A DNA stretch of 63,306 nucleotides, counting the filler, from Olpidium bornovanus S191 (lineage: Eukaryota > Fungi > Olpidiomycota), in the NCBI GenBank assembly GCA_017911155.1. It is 33 parts of 33 records of this genome, joined end to end, with 100 filler letters (N's around TTAATTAATTAA, not from the genome) between each part and the next. Parts side by side here need not be neighbours in the genome. Positions count along the whole stretch, not along the records: positions 59,783 to 63,306 come from JAEFCI010006214.1; 32 more parts are not named here. One strand, 5' to 3'. The notes below the pieces were generated by a model. It ran no database searches. It saw only the letters and a list, made by a program, of their open reading frames with translations, and had not been told where the DNA came from. Below, one piece after another: positions 60,966-63,306 of this stretch. Position 1 is the first letter of the stretch, and the number at the start of each line of letters is the position of its first letter. Position numbers and translations under genes: made by a program.

Positions 60966-61536
60966 TGCAGCGAGCGAGCGCGCCACGGGCGGGGGGGGCG
61001 TGCGCGCGCCCGGGGGGGGAGGGGGCCGGGTCACGGAGCGCCAGGGACACGGAGGCGGTAAGGGGGGAAAAAGGGGGAGGAACAGGGGGGAAAGGAGGAC
61101 GAGGAGGAGAAAGCCACGCGTGCTCAACTCTCTCCGCCCCGCCATCCTAGCACCCTCCCCTCCCCCCTCCCCTCCCACGCGGCTTCGCGACAAGGGCAAT
61201 CCATCGAATACACCGCTGCGACAGCTGCGAAAGGCTGCACTTGCCCAAATCCCAACAGGGTGCCCGTGAGTGGCAGGATGCGGTTGAAACCTGGGCAAAT
61301 TCCTGGGAAAGGGGGGGGGATGGGCGATATTTTGCGCCAATTTTAGGGATTGGCGTTGGTTTTTGGTTCGCTTGGCTCGGAGCGCCTGGTTTGATGCGGG
61401 ATGAGACGTTGGCCGACGTGCACGGGACTCGAGGACTAGGACGATTCATGTTCAACCAAGTTTTTACCGAGTTTGTCTTGACGGCCAATGCGCTGTTACT
61501 GGCCTCAAGGTGCCTCTGTACTTGGGGGTCAATACA

Positions 61537-61667
61537 AACGTTGGGTGTCAATGCACGGTCGCTTGCGTTGAGTGTCATTGCACTTAAATTAAGTTGAGGG
61601 TTTGCAAATGATTGACGTTGGGTGTCATTGCGTGGTCACTGACGTTGGGTGTCAATGCACTGTCGCT
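61537..61667. repeat. 27-bp minisatellite, about 5 copies (consensus GACGTTGGGTGTCA[A/T]TGCACxGTCGCTT)
   Basis: Units at 61537, 61564, 61591 (degenerate, 23 nt), 61614 and 61641. Confidence 0.88.
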
Positions 61668-61768
61668 TAACTCAACATTGCATTGTGCGCAGAGGGCCTC
61701 GGTTGACGTTGCTGAGCTTGTGCCGCCTTTTAGAGCCCTCCCCCCAGGTGCTGAACATTCTAATGCGA

Positions 61769-61907
61769 CTTAGCTGGCCAATATGAAACAACAAAAATCT
61801 CCTTCTTGAGCAGTTTCGCAGACCAAATAAGAAGAATCAAATCTCGTTTTCAGTTAGTTTCGCAGATCAAATTAGAAACCGAGTAACATTCGCTTAGCTG
61901 GCCAATA
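61769..61907. promoter_or_regulatory. A-B-B-A direct repeats in a divergent promoter; unit A contains CCAAT
   Basis: CTTAGCTGGCCAATA at 61769 and 61893; AGTTTCGCAGAxCAAAT at 61812 and 61856; lies between the ankyrin gene (-) and MICU (+). Confidence 0.5.
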
Positions 61908-62320
61908 GAAACAAAATAAAGTTCGCTCTTTTGAACCTTTTTGCCACTGGCCAAAACCTGGATAACAACCAGGGCGACCCCCTTGCCTTTACTCTGGAGT
62001 CGAAGCGGGTGAGCTTCGGTGAGACGAAGAGCGAGCGGCATCCGTAAAGCGAGCGCGGCGGGACGGAAAAGTTTTACTCGAGTCGAGGTCGCGAACATTG
62101 GAAACTGTTGTTTTCCGAGGGATGTTGTGTCGAGTCCGCGCGGGAGGCGGATGTGCTCTGGCACGGCGTCGCCAAGGGGCCGCTCGCGTCGCGATCACGG
62201 TGAGATCCCATCGCTCCTTCTTTCCCCACTCCGCCCCTCCGGGCGCGCCGCGCCGTCGCCCCGAGCATCCCGCCCACGTGCAGCAAATCCCCGCGCGGCG
62301 CCTCCCGCCTCGCGCGCACG

Positions 62321-63306
62321 ATGTCCGCTGCGAACCGGCCGGCGTTGGCCGCGATCCGCGCCGCGTTGTCGGCGGCGGCGGTCGCGGGGAGCGCGGGCGC
62401 GCACCGCTGCGCGCAGCCCGCCTCCGCCTGCCCGCGGGCGGACGTTCGGTCGTCACCGCCGTCGTCGTCCGCGGCGGCGGGGTCGTGTCGTCCTGCACCG
62501 CCGCCGGCGAAGCGATCGAGCCCGGGCGCGAATTACCACGCTGATCGCCGGCGGTGGCGCTCGTGCGCGGTGCCCCCGTGGGATCTCTTCCTCGCCGGCC
62601 TAGCCGTCGTCAGCGCCGCGGCGGCGGTCGGAGCCGCGTGCGGGCCGCGGCGCGCGGCCTGCGAGGAGCGCGCGGAGTCGGTGAGTGCGTTTGCTACTGG
62701 CAATCACAACGGCCGACAGACGCTTGGCGAGCCGTGTGTTCGTCGGCGGCCAAAAGCTGCATCGGAAGTCCGTTGAGTCTGCCATCCTTGAACTGTGACG
62801 TCTCCAGCGGTTTTCGGCATGGAAGCAACACAAGACCGGAAGATACGGTACGACTTCGGTGCCCCTACCCGGGAGTCCGGTCTCTGACAATAATCCCCGT
62901 CGATCGCCTTCAGGTTGAGATTTCCCGCTGTCCCTCCATCCCAGAAAACCGGTTGAGATTCTACTCCCACCCGCTGAAGGTGTTCAAGTATTTCTCCAGC
63001 GTCGTCCTGCCGGACAGCGATGGCCAACCAGTGTACTTCATGACACCGCAGGACTTCGTGCGAAGTCTAGTCCCCTACAACGAGGTTGACAGTGCTCGGC
63101 ACGCGCAAGGCGGCACGACCTGGTCTGCGGATGTCGTTATCAGCGGGGCGGACCCCGTCGATCGGAATCCGGACGCAGACGGTGACATGAAATCTGGCAG
63201 GGACAGCGTCGAGGCGTCGTTGGAAAGTCCAGAGCTGAGGAGAGCTCTCGACTTCTTTAAGCTCGCAGACACGAACGGCGACGGCTTGATTGCTTACCAG
63301 GAATAC
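62321..63306 (+). CDS. MICU1: MICU-family mitochondrial calcium uptake regulator; exons 62321-62680, 62808-62847, 62945-63306; 3' partial
   Basis: Ala/Arg-rich presequence and TM, then RYENRLRFYSHPLKVFKYFSSV...VYFMTPQDFVRSLVP...LDFFKLADTNGDGLIAYQEY (canonical EF-hand). Both introns GT-AG and in phase. The catalytic exon is absent from the ORF track. Confidence 0.9.

Overview
This window is not continuous DNA. It is 33 short contigs (about 1.0-4.0 kb) joined by 32 identical artificial 100-nt spacers (44 N + TTAATTAATTAA + 44 N, with stops in all six frames), so gene order across spacers means nothing. The DNA is from a GC-rich, intron-rich eukaryote with fungal-type genes. A ciliary IFT-A gene (WDR19/IFT144) and Sfi1 repeats point to a flagellated (zoosporic) early-diverging fungus. 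An Olpidium-like draft assembly is my unverified guess. Most contigs hold gene fragments, several missed by the ORF track because they lack a start codon or are spliced: a Ser/Thr kinase, probable Dna2 N-terminus, G-beta, Rce1, U2A' exon 1, a C2H2 TF, Psf3, Tom1/HUWE1, Sfi1, Idi1, a RhoGEF, an SDR, Nup159, ProRS, Syo1, IFT144, CK1, a GPI wall protein, GatC/F, a non-catalytic Qcr1/MPP-beta homologue, Sps19 and an ankyrin-DIL-family protein. Three degenerate Ty3/Gypsy pieces and several minisatellites are also present. The most interesting candidates are: (1) a MICU-type EF-hand regulator of the mitochondrial Ca2+ uniporter, which most fungi lack; (2) a nearly intronless PAI-like (linoleate isomerase family) flavoprotein, a possible bacterial HGT; (3) a head-to-head pair of non-Dikarya-type ubiquitin-ligase genes, MUL1/SP1-like GIDE and ankyrin + SOCS-box-like; (4) a 2OG-Fe(II), possibly TET/JBP-like, dioxygenase fragment abutting a chromovirus; (5) a Nup159 with FG repeats N-terminal to the beta-propeller. 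All homology calls come from motif recognition by eye; no searches were run. No tRNA, rRNA or CRISPR array was seen.
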